Shown here: in pieces, positions 26,057-40,802 of the stretch
Numbering within the stretch: position 1 is the first letter of the stretch
Layout: each line of letters opens with the position of its first letter
From: Rotaria socialis
Taxonomy: Eukaryota
DNA length: 64,000 nucleotides
NCBI GenBank assembly: GCA_905331295.1
Contig: CAJNYD010000314.1
Coordinates: 1-64,000, forward strand
Reading direction: 5' to 3'
Position numbers and translations under genes: made by a program
Notes under the pieces: generated by a model
What the model saw: only the letters and a program-made list of their open reading frames with translations
Told to the model about the DNA's origin: nothing
Database searches by the model: none

Positions 26057-27592
26057 TTGATGAACAGAATAAATCATTAAAAATTAGATTATTTCCTGAA
26101 CAATGATCTATCAACCGTTAAGCAGTTTTTCTTAGCAATGAATCGGAATTTTACAAACTTATGAGCCATTTAAATTTCATTTGTAACAATAGATTTTAAC
26201 ATATTGATAACACGGAGTTGAAACTGAATACTCGATATACTTTTAGAAATAATGCATGTTAAGGATCTCTTTTTGTAGGTTTTACTCCAGATTAACAGTG
26301 TAGATGTCCATAAATCTGAATAAAAACGCAATTATATGACAATAGAGCTTATTTAATGAATTTTATGCATGATTTCATCAATAATAGATTGTCGTGTATT
26401 ATTGTCAATTTTAAATTATTCAATTACGTAGAATAGATCCTATTATGATGATAATTGCACTATTAATTTGACGGTAACTGAGTAAAAAACCGTTCTGAGG
26501 TTATTGTTAACCAATGCAAAATAATGTTACTATGTGAAATGTTTTAGACATTTTTTTATAGCTTTTCTCATGGCAAAAGAGTTCTTCTTCTTCTTCAGTA
26601 TGTTTCTGTTCAAGTATATTACACATATCCGGGCGTGGCCATGAAATTATTTGCAAAGATTTTCTGCACAATATGGAAATATGACAGAGCAATATTTACC
26701 GGTAAAACGGAGTCTGAATCTCATCTTGTTTTTTCCCGTGTGAAACATCTGTAAAAGTTGTCATTCAGTCCATATATCGATTAAACGTTATAAATATTTT
26801 CCAAGCTTCTTCCGTTACGGAATAACACATTTTTAACGATATACTCAACATATTTGAAGTAGATAACATTTTACTTCTTATGTGTACATTACTATCTTCT
26901 ATTATAGTCTTTGAGTAAAACTAGGATCGACTTTAGTGAAACGATAATTAATTCTTTTATCTCAGTTAGCTTATTCAAAAAAAAAACTGGAAATTGACAG
27001 TAATTACACATGTAATTATACAAAATTAGTAAACATTCATATTACTCTAAGAAGTACCTCTATAAATATGCAGTTTCCTGGACTTCAGCATGATCTACTT
27101 CCTTGCACATATTGCCTTCATCTACTAGTAGTAATCGTTTTCATCTTTAGTTAAAAGAAGAGTTATTCTTTGATAATTATTTATAATGCAGTCTGCACAA
27201 AATGTCAGGATTTTTCGATGACGACAAGCCAGGTTGTTCTATTAATAATTATTCATTCTCTTCGACACAAGCTGTACGATGATCGCATGCAGATGGTGTG
27301 TCGAAGAAATTTGAGCTGAGCTTTTCACTGATGCTCTAAGATTTCATTATTTTATTTTTTTAGGATGTAGAAATGAAAATAATTATTTTATAAGATCACG
27401 CTAGACAAGAAAGTTGATGAGGTAAGAATAGAAGAAAACTTTTTTTGTGGAACAATATCACGTGAATGTCATGGATAAAAGTAGCATTTCTATTTTAGAA
27501 ACTCTAAGTAATAAACTGAAGAGCAATCTTATTAATTTGTCTAGTAGAAAAAGAAAAATTACGTCTACTCACGTAATAAAATAGACATTGAT

Positions 27593-28668
27593 ATGTCAGC
27601 ATACAACATTTCAACAATGGCTCAACTTTCACAGGCAATAACTATTTACTTGGGCTCAACAATATGTATTGTAGGAATTATAGGAGGATTTCTGAACATC
27701 CTCGTATTTCTTACTCTTCGAACATTCAATGAAAAATCTTGCGGATTTTATTTGATTGTTATGTCATTTGTTAATATTGGTAATTTAACGACAGGCCTAC
27801 TTTCTCGCATTCTTATCAGTGGATTTCATCTTGATTGGACGTTGATTTCGCCTTTTTACTGCAAATTCAGATGGTATGGTCTTCAATTCGGTGTGCTGAC
27901 TTCTTTTACATGTACATGTTTGACAGCAATTGATCAATATTTGTCCACGAATAGACGAATTGAATGGCGTCGATGGAGTAGTATCAAACTGGCCCATCGT
28001 GTAATGGCTGCATTCATTATTGTTTGGCTTCTTCACGGCATTCCATATTTAATATATTTTGATTTAGTTCAATCACCAATTACAGACAAGCTAGTTTGTG
28101 CCAGTGTTAATAAAATCTTACAATATTATCATACTTATGGCTATCTTATTCTTTTTGCAGGAATCATACCTCTTGTTATTACGGGTATTTTTGGTCTTTT
28201 AGCTCGCAGAAATGTTCGACATACGGTAAATGGGACGATATCTCTTGTTCAACGTTATTTAGATCAACAATTAACTAAGATGGTTCTTAGTCAACTATTC
28301 TACAATTTTATTTTTACTTTTCCATATACAATGTTGACAACGATTATGTCTTTTATTCCTGCTGTAAATGACTCACTAATAAGCACAAGATTAGATTTTG
28401 CAAATGTTATGACCATACTTGTATATTATATGAGTTTTGCGGTAATTTTATAATTCATTTTTATGCTTTACTAAGTAACAGTAATGGTGTTCTTATTTCG
28501 TTTTAGTCCCCTTTCTGTATCTATACTTGTACATCAGAACGATTTCGCCAACAATTGACCTATGTACTATTAGATGTTCATCTCAAACGATGGCGGCGAA
28601 GCCCGAGCATCATCATCAATGCAATGGCATCAAGTCAAGTAGAAAAGGGTGAGACTTCAGCAGTCTGA
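27593..28668 (+). CDS. Class A (rhodopsin-like) orphan GPCR, 2 exons
   Basis: Exon 27593-28441, intron 28442-28506, exon 28507-28668 (SPFCIYTCTSERFRQQL..AV*). Seven hydrophobic segments, CKFR at the TM3 start, AIDQY at the DRY position. Confidence 0.85.
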
Positions 28669-29405
28669 AGTACGAGTGAATTATCGTATTTCATTATGGT
28701 ACTGAAATATTTCTTTTCTCTCTCTCTCTCATACATCAGCTCTTCATGGGAATCTTCGTAAAAATGCCCCAATTTTTGTTTCATGTAATAAATCATGTTG
28801 TGTTGTACGCAAAGTAGTGATTTTAAAATAATCAGTAGCTATTGCTTGTACTGAAAAGAAAATCTTTTAGCTATTGTGAACAATGATGCATGAATAAATT
28901 AATTATATATTATTTCTGTATGAAATATAGTTACATTTTAATTTTATCATATTCTATTTGGAAAAAAGAAATCTTCTTACGCAGCCCATTAGCAAGTAAA
29001 ATGCTGTTCAACAGTCTGAAATGCTTGTTATTCGGATATAACAAGCTGCAGAAAGATTCGAATGGATATTAGGAGACTATGACAGAATTGATGGCACTAG
29101 ATAGTAATTAGAGAATGAGTTACTCAACTTCTAATAGTATAATGTACCTTTGGTGGAGTGCACAAGTAGCATTTTATTTATACTATAGCTTGCCGAAATG
29201 CGTGCATGGATTGTACTGAATATGCTGCTTTTGTATTAGGTTATAACAACCTGCTCAGCCAAATTTTTTGCTTTTAGATTTTTGTATATATCCTCCTATC
29301 GATAGATATCATTTATTTTAGACGATAGCGAGAATAAACGGTATTATCTAGACAAAATCAAGTAGTTATTGAGTTAAAATGGCGAAAAAAGAGGCTTGCT
29401 GTTTA

Positions 29406-29960
29406 CTATTATCCGTTCCTGAAGTCAAGGCAGTCGGTTGTTTTTGAATAACGTTTGATAGGAACAAGATAGAGACCTGCGGTTTTCACTGTTTGATAGC
29501 CAAGACCCAGACGCATATGTTCATAAGCAAATTAGTTTCTAAGGAAAAATCTGAAGACCGGTTTTTCAGAGGATCACTGGAAAACCACTCTGGATTTCTG
29601 GTAAGTGTTATAGAAGTGTATAGATTTTCTTACACATTCGGAATCAGCATTAAAAACTGAGCCGACCAATACGTATTTCGAATCTTTCACGAACTTTTGT
29701 TTTCGTCGAGAGATATTCACCCCTGTGGTCTCGCTCAGGAGTCGGTCAAAAAGTAAATTCCATCAAAATTCCATTTGGACAGTAGGAAGCAGGTTCTAAG
29801 TTTGTAGAATGCTGTTAGAAACCAAATTGGTAAATGAATAATCAACAAAAACAGCATTTTGATGGAATTTACTTTTTGACCGACTCCTGAGCGAGACCAC
29901 AGGGGTGAATATCTCTCGACAAAAACAACCGACTGCCTTGACTTCTGGAACGGATAATAG
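29406..29960. mobile_element. TA-flanked MITE / foldback element (555 bp) with double inverted repeats
   Basis: 41-bp TIRs at 29406-29446 and 29920-29960 (1 mismatch), TA on both sides. Additional perfect 65-bp inverted pair at 29705-29769 and 29856-29920. Confidence 0.85.
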
Positions 29961-31257
29961 TATACTTTTAAAACTACTTCATCATTTAAAAGGATGGAAA
30001 TAATCGTAGTATCATCGAATGTTGAACTACAGTTTGACATCAATGTATTTCCTATTATTTTGACAATAGCCGTAAAAGTATGCGTCAAACAAAAAACCTA
30101 CCAGTGGATGATTGTAATGTTTTCACGGTAGATCTGTATAACAGCGAACTTCAAACCAAGAGTCTTACTATCGTAAAGTGTGTTGCCTTAGTCAAGAACA
30201 CAATTAAAAATATTTTGCTCTGAACGAGAAAATTTCTTGATGAGTGAACTTTTGTGAAATGTACTGATGAAAAAGGTCGTTTTGGATGAGCTAGTCAACA
30301 CGACTTTCTATCTTTCTAGTGTAATCACGGTGCAACCAAAAATTTTCAGTAAAACTAAAAATGTTACACATCTTACTGTAACATAAGTTTCAGCCCATTG
30401 CGATGCTAAAATAATCAGCTATGACAAGCCAATAAATTTTCTGTAGTGGTGGTTGAAGATAAGATGATTGCGCAACACTTCTTGACTTGTTGTGATTGAA
30501 AATAGAACTATTCTACACGATAATTTGGAAGACATTCAACCCACTCTATGATTCAAAAAAAAAGAAAGTTTGTTGGATTGTTAAAAATAAATGAAATATA
30601 CAAATGTTTGTATGATTACGTGTTCCCATACTGTTGAATTTTGATACATGAAGGTATCGAGGACAAGTTTTGTATTATCTTACTAATCATTATTCAAAAT
30701 CAATATAAGATTTCGTATATTGCAAAACCGGATTGTGACTACTTTTAAAATTAATTCAATTTTTTATTAGTATTATAGAGCATCAATGAAGGCAAATCGA
30801 ATAGTTCGTGTTTTTTCTGAACAAGACATTCAGTGGAAACTTCATGTTTTCATTCATAACGGTCTTTAACAAAAAAGTCAAAGCGATCGTTTTTTTCCTG
30901 CTATATTTTATTGTGAAATAGAAAATAGCACTGTTAGATCAATCTTCTAGTGACAGTCGACTATCTATTTTTATCTCTTTTTGTCTTTCTATTTATTTTT
31001 CTTATCTTCTATTATAAAATAAAACCCTCTGACATGTAAAGTAAACTTTGAATGATAATATCTGTTGCACACAAATTCATAGGTAACATCAGCTTATAGA
31101 TTCTTTTTCGTTTTGCAATAACCTACAGTACACGCGCCAGTGTTCTCTATTCTTTTGCCCTGTTACAGCCGCATACCGCCAACCGAAGGAAAAATTGTGT
31201 CTTTTTAACACAAAGAATTCGCTCGCGTTTTTTGAACTTGAGGTTTTCTTTTAAACA

Positions 31258-34200
31258 ATGCAAACCTTAACATATTGCGGACTAACACTTCTTATTGTTG
31301 CCAGTTGCTGCTTTTCAGTCCCAATCAAGCAATCCAATGGATGTGGTTATGAAGTGAGAATAACTGAAAAATGATTTGTTGACTATATTGATCATAATCT
31401 CCGTTTTCAGGCATGCAATTTAGGGGACCCAAATAAACTTAATGTTCACATCGTGCCGCATAGTCATGACGATGTGGGATGGCTGAAAACAGTCGATCAA
31501 TATTACTACGGAGGTGTGTAACTATATTTGGTATTATTGTTGTATTCTATGATTATGAACTAGACGATATTTTCTTACAAAGAAGAGTACTGAACAAAAT
31601 GAAATATGCAACATATTTTTTATCTTTCGAGAAACACATGCACAACCCTCATGACAAATTTCATCATAAAAAGAGTAAAACAAACTGTATAGGTTGATGA
31701 AGTTTTCATATTAAAACAGAAGGTCACAACGTCTATACTGTGAATAGCAAGATTTTTATTTTCTTAGTCTTTTATAATTAAAAAACTAGATATTGGCTTG
31801 AACCGAATTGAAGATGATTGAAATATTTCCCATGAGAAAAATATCATGTTTCTTTTTCGTTAAGCTCGCAACGATATTCAACACGCGGGCGTACAGTATA
31901 TACTAGATTCAGTAATGATGGCACTTGACGAAAATCCAGATCGACGTTTCATCTATGTTGAAATCGGCTTTTTCTGGCGTTGGTGGAATCAACAGGCAGA
32001 TGATATGAAAGCTAAAGTGAAACAGTTTGTCAATGATGGTAATTTCTATCCATTGACTTTTTCTTAATAATCTTTGTCACTTCTAAACAAAAAAGGTCGT
32101 CTCGAATTTATTTCCGGTGGTTGGTGCATGAACGATGAAGCATCAACACATTACAATTCCATCATCGATCAACATAGTTTAGGAGCTGAATTTTTACGTG
32201 ACAATTTCGGTGAATGCGGTCGACCTAAAATCGGTTGGCAAATCGATCCATTCGGTCATTCACGTGAACAAGCTTCACTTTTTGCACAAGTAAATTCGTT
32301 TTCTTGTACAACCGTGTGAGCATGTTCAAAACAAACAAACGAATGTTTATTTTAGATGGGTTTCGATGGTTTATTTTTTGGCCGTGCTGATTATGAAGAT
32401 CGCGCAACACGCAATAGAACAAAAACCATGGAAATGGTTTGGAAAGCAAGTGCTAATTTAAGTGAGCTTGAAATAGATGGCTATGTTTTTAGTTTCGATA
32501 TATTTGCAAGACAAATTGAAAATCTATCTCAATTATAGATAATAAGGGTTGGTTGTTTACTGGTGTTTTACCTAATGGGTATGGTGCACCGAGTTCGTTC
32601 TGTTTTGATTACAGATGTTCAGATACTCCTATCATGGTCAGTATGAATTTTCGTGGATTTACTGTTTCTTTCGCTTCGGAAAAAAGAGTCATTTTCTGAC
32701 ATGCAGCTAATTTTATTATAGAATTTCTCGTTAAAACAAAACGAAGAACACGTTTTGATTATCTGTGAAGTGTGGCATAGCGCTTCGTAAAATATCTTCT
32801 TCTAATTATTTCATGAAACTTCTTTTTTTTTGATAAATGTAGTACCTCTTCCAAGCTTAGTTTGTAGCAAAATGGAGAAATATTATGTAAATCTGTACAT
32901 TTATTTTTAGGATGATCCTCATTTTCAAGATTACAACGTCGACGAACGTGTTCGAACGTTCATTCAAACTGCTCATGATGAGGTTTGTGAGAGCTTATAA
33001 ATAGCGAACTGTGGTAAAGCACCGACCGTAAAACATTGCGTGACGTAGCTACTTGTTTGATTGGAAGGAAAAGAGAAGTATTTTTAATTTTCATTGCATC
33101 GAATTCATTAAATGAAGCGTATGAGAAAAAAACATTTATTTCAATGGCCTAGTTAGTTAGAACGGACGTAAATAGTGACTATACTCTTTCCTCGTCTATA
33201 GGCAGTTGGTTATACTACAAATCATATTATCATGACTTTTGGTGGTGATTTTCAATACGGAAATGCAAACGAAGGATTTAAAAATTTAGATAAATTGATG
33301 AAATATGTTAATGCTCAGGTAAATTTTTACAGTCCATGTTTCTTTCTGCCAAAATTAGCCATGGGTTTTATTTTTCATAAATATAAATTTAGCAAACGAA
33401 TGGTAGCAATGTGAATGTTTTCTATTCGACACCATCATGTTATTTATATGCTTTGAACCAAGTTGATCGTGCGTGGCCGTCAAAAACCGATGACTTTTTC
33501 CCATACGCTAGCAATCCGCATGGATTTTGGACAGGTTACTTTACATCACGAGCAGCTCTTAAACGTTATGAACGTCATTCGAATAATATTTTACAAGCTA
33601 CAAGACAACTTAACGCATTTGCTGATTTGAATTTACGAGATAGTATTTTCACTTTAAGTAAGAATATTTGATTTTTATATTTTGATTTGAAAGATTATGA
33701 ATCATAGGCGAAGCAATGGGCGTTGCTCAACATCATGATGCTGTTAGTGGAACAGAGAAACAAGCAGTTGCTTTTGACTATGCTCAACGATTGTCAGATG
33801 GTATTGCTGTTGCCGAAGTATGTTTAAATACTATCAGCTCGTATGTTCAATCAAGAAATCATTTACATAAGTGAATTAAACAATGAATTAATAGAATATA
33901 GTGCATTTAGTAAATTCAGTTTTTCAAGATATTAGAACAATTGAAAGAGTGCTTCTTGATGGTTGTTTTTTGAAAATTGAATGCTGATATTTAAAGTTAC
34001 TGTCATGCTGAAAACTCTATATTTATTCTGTTTGATTAGAATGTCATGAATCAAGCCTATGCTAAACTTTTGCCTAAAGATAGTCAATCACCACCACCGG
34101 CCAGTCAATTTCTCTGTCAATTATCAAACATTAGTCAATGTTTACAAGTCGATGGACAAGATCGAGTAAAGATACAATGAGTTTTTTTGCTTTTTCTCTC

Positions 34201-36158
34201 CATTTATTCTTTTTTTTTAAACAGTTTACATTGACACTTTGGAATCCAACAATTCATCCAGTTATGCAACATGTTCGTGTACCTGTTAGAACAGATTATA
34301 CTATTCGTGACCCAACCGGACAAACTATTTTTTCTGAAGTACTCTCAGAAGGAATTCTAGGAATTTTTTTCTACTATTTTCTTTTTCAGTTATTTCCAAT
34401 TTCAGAGCCAACTTTGAATATTCCAGGTCGAACAAGTATTACACAAAAACAAATTATATTCAAAGCTAGTCTACCAGCTCTTGGTTTTAACACGTATTAT
34501 TTCGAAACTAAACGTAAGAGTCTTTTGAATATTTTTGTTGTTGTCATAGAAAACAAAAGTTATCTATTTTTTCTTTTGAAAGCTGATTCAGTCACATCAG
34601 GAGAATCCAAGATAAAAATCACACACAATGAAGAATGTGTTTTACGAAATCAAGTATGATAGAAACAAAATAATCAAACAGTTTTCTATTGTTCGTTGTG
34701 CTATTATTTTAGAACCTTCAAGTCGATTTTGATGATCAAGGCAATCTACATCAAATTGTTAATCTAAAACAAAATATTACTGTATCATTTTTAAATCAAG
34801 GTTTCTATTGGTATCAAGGTACATTGACAAATTTGATAAGAAAATTAGAATTTTAACGAATTCTGTTTCTATTTAGGCTTTGCTGGTAATAATTCTCAGC
34901 CAGATTTTCAAGCATCTGGTGCTTATATCTTTCGACCAGTATCACCAACTGCACAACCAGTTAGTCAAGCACGTTCACTGTGAGTGGCTCTTTTATTATG
35001 TCGATTGTTTTCTTGTGATTTGGAATTTTTATTTAGTACATGCGTAAAAGCAGTAAGTGTACAAACAGCAGTTATTGTTTTCAATGATTGGACAAGTCAA
35101 GAGATCAGTTTGTATGATGAAGGAGAATTTGTCGAAGTTGAATGGACAGTTGGACCTATTCCAATCGATGATAATATGGGTAAAGAGATCATTATTCGCT
35201 ACGATACGGATATCAATAGTCAATCGAAATACTATACGGATGCAAATGGACGTGAAGTTCTTGAACGAACAAGGGACTATCGACCAACATGGAACTATAC
35301 AGTTGTAGAAAATGTCAGTGGAAACTATTATCCAATCAATAGTCGAATATGGATCAAAGACCAAAATCGACAATTGACTGTTCTTACTGGTAAAAGAATA
35401 AAACTACTTTTATTTCGTTTTTTTATCAAAGAAGAGCAAACTTTTAATCTTGTTATTTTTGTAGATCGATCAGAAGGTGGCGGTAGTATTCTTGATGGTT
35501 CTATTGAGGTCATGGTGCATCGACGCCTTCTTTACGATGATAGACTTGGTGTTGGTGAGCCTTTGAACGAAGTTGCATATGGAGAAGGTCTTGTTGTACG
35601 TGGTCAACATTTTCTTATTGTTGAGTCGCCAACAGCAAGTGCGCGTTTTCATCGTATTGGTTCTCAACGTTTATACATGCATCCGATTGTTACATTTTCA
35701 TTGACTGATCAAGAATACGTTAATTATTCAGCTGCCTATCGTCAAACATGGTCGGCATTAACAGATACATTGCCATTAAATATTCATCTATTAACATTCG
35801 AACAATTAGGACAAAAAAATTATCTAGTTCGTGTTGAACATTATTTTGAACTATTTGAAGATGATACGTATTCCCAACCAGTAACATTCGATTTACAATT
35901 AATATTTAAATCGCTAGGAGTAATTAATAGTACAGTTGAATTAACGCTCGGTGCAAATTTACCATTAGCTGAGTTACAACGACTGGAGTGGTTAACGGGT
36001 GATAAGGAATCATCTCGTATGGCTGTTTCGAGTATGTTGTGTATAGAAGAAGTCATTTTATGATACGAGATTTGTTTTTAGAAGAAGCATCATTGGAAGG
36101 TACAACTATTAGACTTACACCGATGCAAATTCGAACATTCGAAGTCACTGTGACATAG
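31258..36158 (+). CDS. MAN2B1: Lysosomal alpha-mannosidase (GH38), copy B, multi-exon
   Basis: Signal peptide [56 protein letters not shown]. Same exon layout as copy A. Ends [12 protein letters not shown]. Confidence 0.95.
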
Positions 36159-36898
36159 ATGACTGCTAGAAAAGCATGTCTATCGATTATGGCTTAACAA
36201 CGCTCATCGTGTTTCCCTTATTTAGGACATATATTTATTTTTTCAATTTTGATTTTGTCTTCTTAAATTTTTTATTCAAAATCAACAAAGTAAACAAGTT
36301 TAAATAAATTGAAGTGTTTTTATTTGAGATAAAGAGCTATTTTGAGGGTGAAGATGTTGTTCGTACTGCAATTCGTACTCATACGTTTATCGAAGTTAAT
36401 AGAAAGCTGCTGAAATTCTACGAGTCTCTAAAATTTTCTTCGTCACACATTATCTTAACTGTTTATGTTAAGAAGTCATCAAGAGACATTCGATCAGTAG
36501 CTTGGTGGTAGCTGAACAATTAGTTTGGCTGCATGGCAAAAGAGTACGCTATCAATATTTAGATGTGAATATGAAGTGGATCAAAAAACAACTTTTTTTG
36601 AGTTCATTTATTCTTTTTCTCTTATCAAGTTTAAGTTTGATGGTGTAGAATTACCTGTCGGTATATCAAAAAATATATTCTTAGAATAAATGAAATATTA
36701 ATAATATATATGTTTTCCAAAGTTTTAGAAAGTATGTCAAACGCATTTCCACGTTTGATTTTTTAAAATACTGTTCCCTACGCTACAAATCCTATCATGT
36801 TGGTAATGTCTACTGTGTTCAATTTAACGATGTAAAAGAATATTTTTACAAATCAGACAAATTATATTAACACACAACTGTCATCATTGCCTGAAAAA

Positions 36899-37340
36899 TA
36901 GAGGCATGTGGTTTCACAAAATTACCCGGAACCGGAACCGCGGTCCGTTCCGGTTTCCAATCATTTCAAAACAGCGGTTCTGGTTTGGTTCCGAAAATTA
37001 TTATACGGAACCGTGGAATCGTTTACCTACCGAAGTGTGGTTATGATATACAATATGCAGGATATTGGCCATGCTTGTTGACCACAAAATTTGTATCTTC
37101 GCCTCAAGATCAGTATAGAATCACGTCTGACATGAGTTGCGAATCGTTTCTTTTTCAATAGTAGCTTGACAAAAACCTTCATGCAAGCGATTATATAAAA
37201 GAAACGGTTTCACGGTTCCTTTAGCGGTTCCCGAGTAATTTTTTCTACGGTTCCGGTTCGGATTCAATTCTCAAAAACTTTTCAAAGGCCGATTCCCGTT
37301 CGATTTCCGGTTCAATATTTTGTGGAGCCGCAGACCTCTA
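36899..37340. mobile_element. hAT-like MITE (442 bp)
   Basis: TIRs TAGAGGCATGTGGTTTCACAAAAT / rc TAGAGGTCTGCGGCTCCACAAAAT. TSD ctgaaaaa (36891-36898) / ctgaaaag (37341-37348). Subterminal GGAACC/GGTTCC repeats. Confidence 0.85.
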
Positions 37341-40300
37341 CTGAAAAGGTTTACAAATACGACTCTCGTTTTATTAATAAAACAATTTAGTAATTAAGCT
37401 ACTAGTGATAATATGAATGTGTTCTATTTAGTGAAATTTCATTATTTATATTCTTCAAAGAAATTTGAGTATGCATGAAAAACAAAAGAAGATCACTTTA
37501 TTTCTATATAATTATCATTTTGATAGATTTTAGGCAAATTTTTTGACATCACATAGGCTACCAGACAGCTAAATGCATGAGAAGACATTTTTTATTCTTG
37601 TTTTGAAATGAAAATTCTACTTAAAAGTTATGTTTTTGGAACCATCATGAAAGAGAATCTAATGAGTGCTATTCAACACATCATAATACAATCCAAAAAC
37701 AAGATATAAACAACGATCATGCGTAACTATCGTCTGACTTTATTATTGTTGCAGAGATGAATCAACCAATGCGAGCTTTTTGGATAATAAGGATAAAATA
37801 GAGTACTGTATTCTTTATCTAATTCGCACGCCTTCACGTGGAAAATATTGTTATCTTTCGTGTTTGCCGGCGCGTTCAATTTAGCAGAAAAATTTCTTCT
37901 GTTTAGCTAATTTGAAATCCGATGACATTAGAACCTACTCGTTTTACTTTTAACTGTAAATTAACTGTTCTAATCCAACTTATATTCTCATTGGCAACCG
38001 ATGCGAGTATCTATTTTAAGCACTAAACATATTCAATGCTGCTCCATCGAAGAGTTACATTACTTTCATCGCATTTATGTTCTTTTGATTTCTATTGAAT
38101 CGTTCATTTCAACCAGCTGAAAGTCAACAACACATTGATTTATCTCATCATTAGAATAGACTTATCATCAATACTAATAGAATTTTCATTCAACACGGCC
38201 ATCTGTCTTCCGATAAGTGTCGAAAAATTAATCGTGAACATTTTAGATTTATTAATGCATTCATGTCTTGAATTGAACAAAGAAAATTTCCCGTCGAAAT
38301 ACAACTGCATCAAATTAGTTGGTCTTTACAGACAGTTTAATAGCGCTTAGCTTGAATGCTGGCTGCTTTCAAGGAGAAAATAATCTTACCTGTTTTCTGA
38401 TATTTATAATTAACAATAGAAGGCATATTTTGCCTGATAGGAGAGTGAAGTAGAAAAATGCAAGATTAAAGCAGCATTTCTCATCTGTATTAATACATAT
38501 GCTTAGATAGAACGTAATGATCTAATCAAGAAAATACATATTTTCAAGTTTTAAAAATAACTTTTCAGTAGAAAATCATCACCTTTTTGTTTTTGAAAGA
38601 AAAATTGCCTGTCCTGAAAATATCAGGCTCAATTTTTCACAACCGATGAATGTCGAACTTTTTTTTTTACTGCATATACAGTTCACAGCGATTGAATACG
38701 CTAAACCTAGAATGGGAAAGGAAATGGAATCATTCAGCCTTTATTGATAATGGATAATAGGCCTGATCGTTAGAAAATACCATTCATCTGTAAATCCTGA
38801 TAATCTTCTGTACAACGATTGATGTAAAATAATTACTTGAGATTTCATATGTAGTTGATCAACTTAAAACGTGCTTGGCAAAGATATATAAAGAAAAACT
38901 TTTTTTTTCCTTTTGAATCTTTGATATTTCGTCACAAGTAAAAAGGAACTGCTCATGAAAGCAATGTATCAGCACCAAGTTAAAAAACTGCACTAAGTTT
39001 TCTTTATCATTGAGGTTTTTCTGTTCATAATTCACAATCCGAATTTCAAATATCCGATGCATTTCTCTATTAGCATCCAATGCATTTTACCAGCTTCTCA
39101 AACAAGTCTGACGTAAACGTTTTTCTTTTTTGAACACGCAGACTTATTCGTTAAGTCACTTAGTCTCTATCTATTAAAGAGATAAAATCCTCAAACAATA
39201 GTATTGATTTTAATCAAATTGCGCAAGTCAATAAATAAATAGAGTTGAATAGACCGTTGGTTCTATTCTAATTGATGAAAACGCTCATAAACAAAATAAT
39301 TATTCTTTATAATACTAATATTAGAAATCAATCACAATACTGTAGGGATGCAAATGAACTTTGAGCTCATGAAAGAAAAAGATATTATCAATTTGCATTG
39401 AATGAAACCTCTCATTACGTAGTGACTAGGAATTATTGTCCAATCAACAGTCTAATATATATTTATATATTAAAGATCATCGTCTACAAATTACTATTTC
39501 TACTATTCAGAAGAAATTACTCTGTTCTATAATATTAAGTTAGAGTAGTTAATTATTGTTCAAACCGATCGCGTGAGAATATCTATGTCCGGTGCTGATT
39601 ATGAGCCTTGAATATGTAAGACTAAAGCTACATATTAAAAACTCGTCTTTATTCTCTATCCGAACATAACAACTAGTTGCCCTTAAACGATTCAAGCTCA
39701 CAAAATCGATCAGGAAACTGGGCACATTTAAGCTAGGCACGAAAGTTATTAATAAAACGCACTGGCAAATAAAATTTTATTAATTCTAAGCGCATCTTGT
39801 ATACTTTTTGAACTTTTTGAAAAAATGATTCTGATGCTTTTTTTTTTATAATATGTTTTCACTCTTTGCCATCTAGAAAAGTGTCGGATGACAGGAGAAC
39901 TCACAGAATCAATTAGAAAGACATATTCCTTTTGCTTGTTTTTTTTCATTTCTCCATTTATATATTGGTTAAAATAATGCAAATTAATAATTATGGTTCA
40001 TTTCCTTAACGTGAAATATCGGGCGCACGGTTTTTTTGGACGATGAATATAATTGTATTTATTCAACTTTCTAAACCGCTCTTTTTTATCGTCGAAACTA
40101 TTGTTAACTGCAAGACGATGCGTATAGCGTTGTATGCGAACATTTAAATGCAACTACACTGATTGAGGGTCGTGTTATTCACGAATGACATTATTCATTA
40201 GCTAAACAAATCTATGGTAGCAATTCAACTGCTTATAATCACACATAGTTAACATTAACAGATACATTCAGATTAAATATTCATCTTCTATGAGTAGTTA

Positions 40301-40802
40301 TTAAATAAATTGGAAGCCAAAAGATCACTTCGTTCGGATCGAATTATTTAAAGACGATAGACGCTTTTTAGCGAGTTAAATTTGATTTGCAATTATGAGT
40401 TTAATCGATAGAGACAATTAATAATAACACTCAATTATCAATTAGTGACAAATTGACAACTATCTAATATACGTATAATTGTTGCATGCATTCGATGAGA
40501 ATAACGAACGATCTTAAATGGAAATTCTTCGGTAAAAACGAAAAAATATGTTCGTTTTAAGACGTTTTGTTTTTCAGAAAGAAGACTACTATAAGATGCA
40601 ATCGAAAATTTTTATTATTTTTCTATTTACGAGAACTTCACTGCGAATCTGTAAATTTTTTATTATATATATATCAAAGAAAACATGAATAAATACATGT
40701 GTACTCATTTATCTGAGTAAATCGAAACAAGAAGAAAGAAAGAAAACAACGGTCAGAACAAAAAGAATACAAACTTTAAGTTACACCTTCGAATTTTTTG
40801 TT

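Noticed and set aside
36921..37312. Repeated GGAACC/GGTTCC motifs as a possible CRISPR-like array
   Set aside because: Short, irregularly spaced and in both orientations; these are MITE subterminal repeats in a eukaryotic context with no cas genes.
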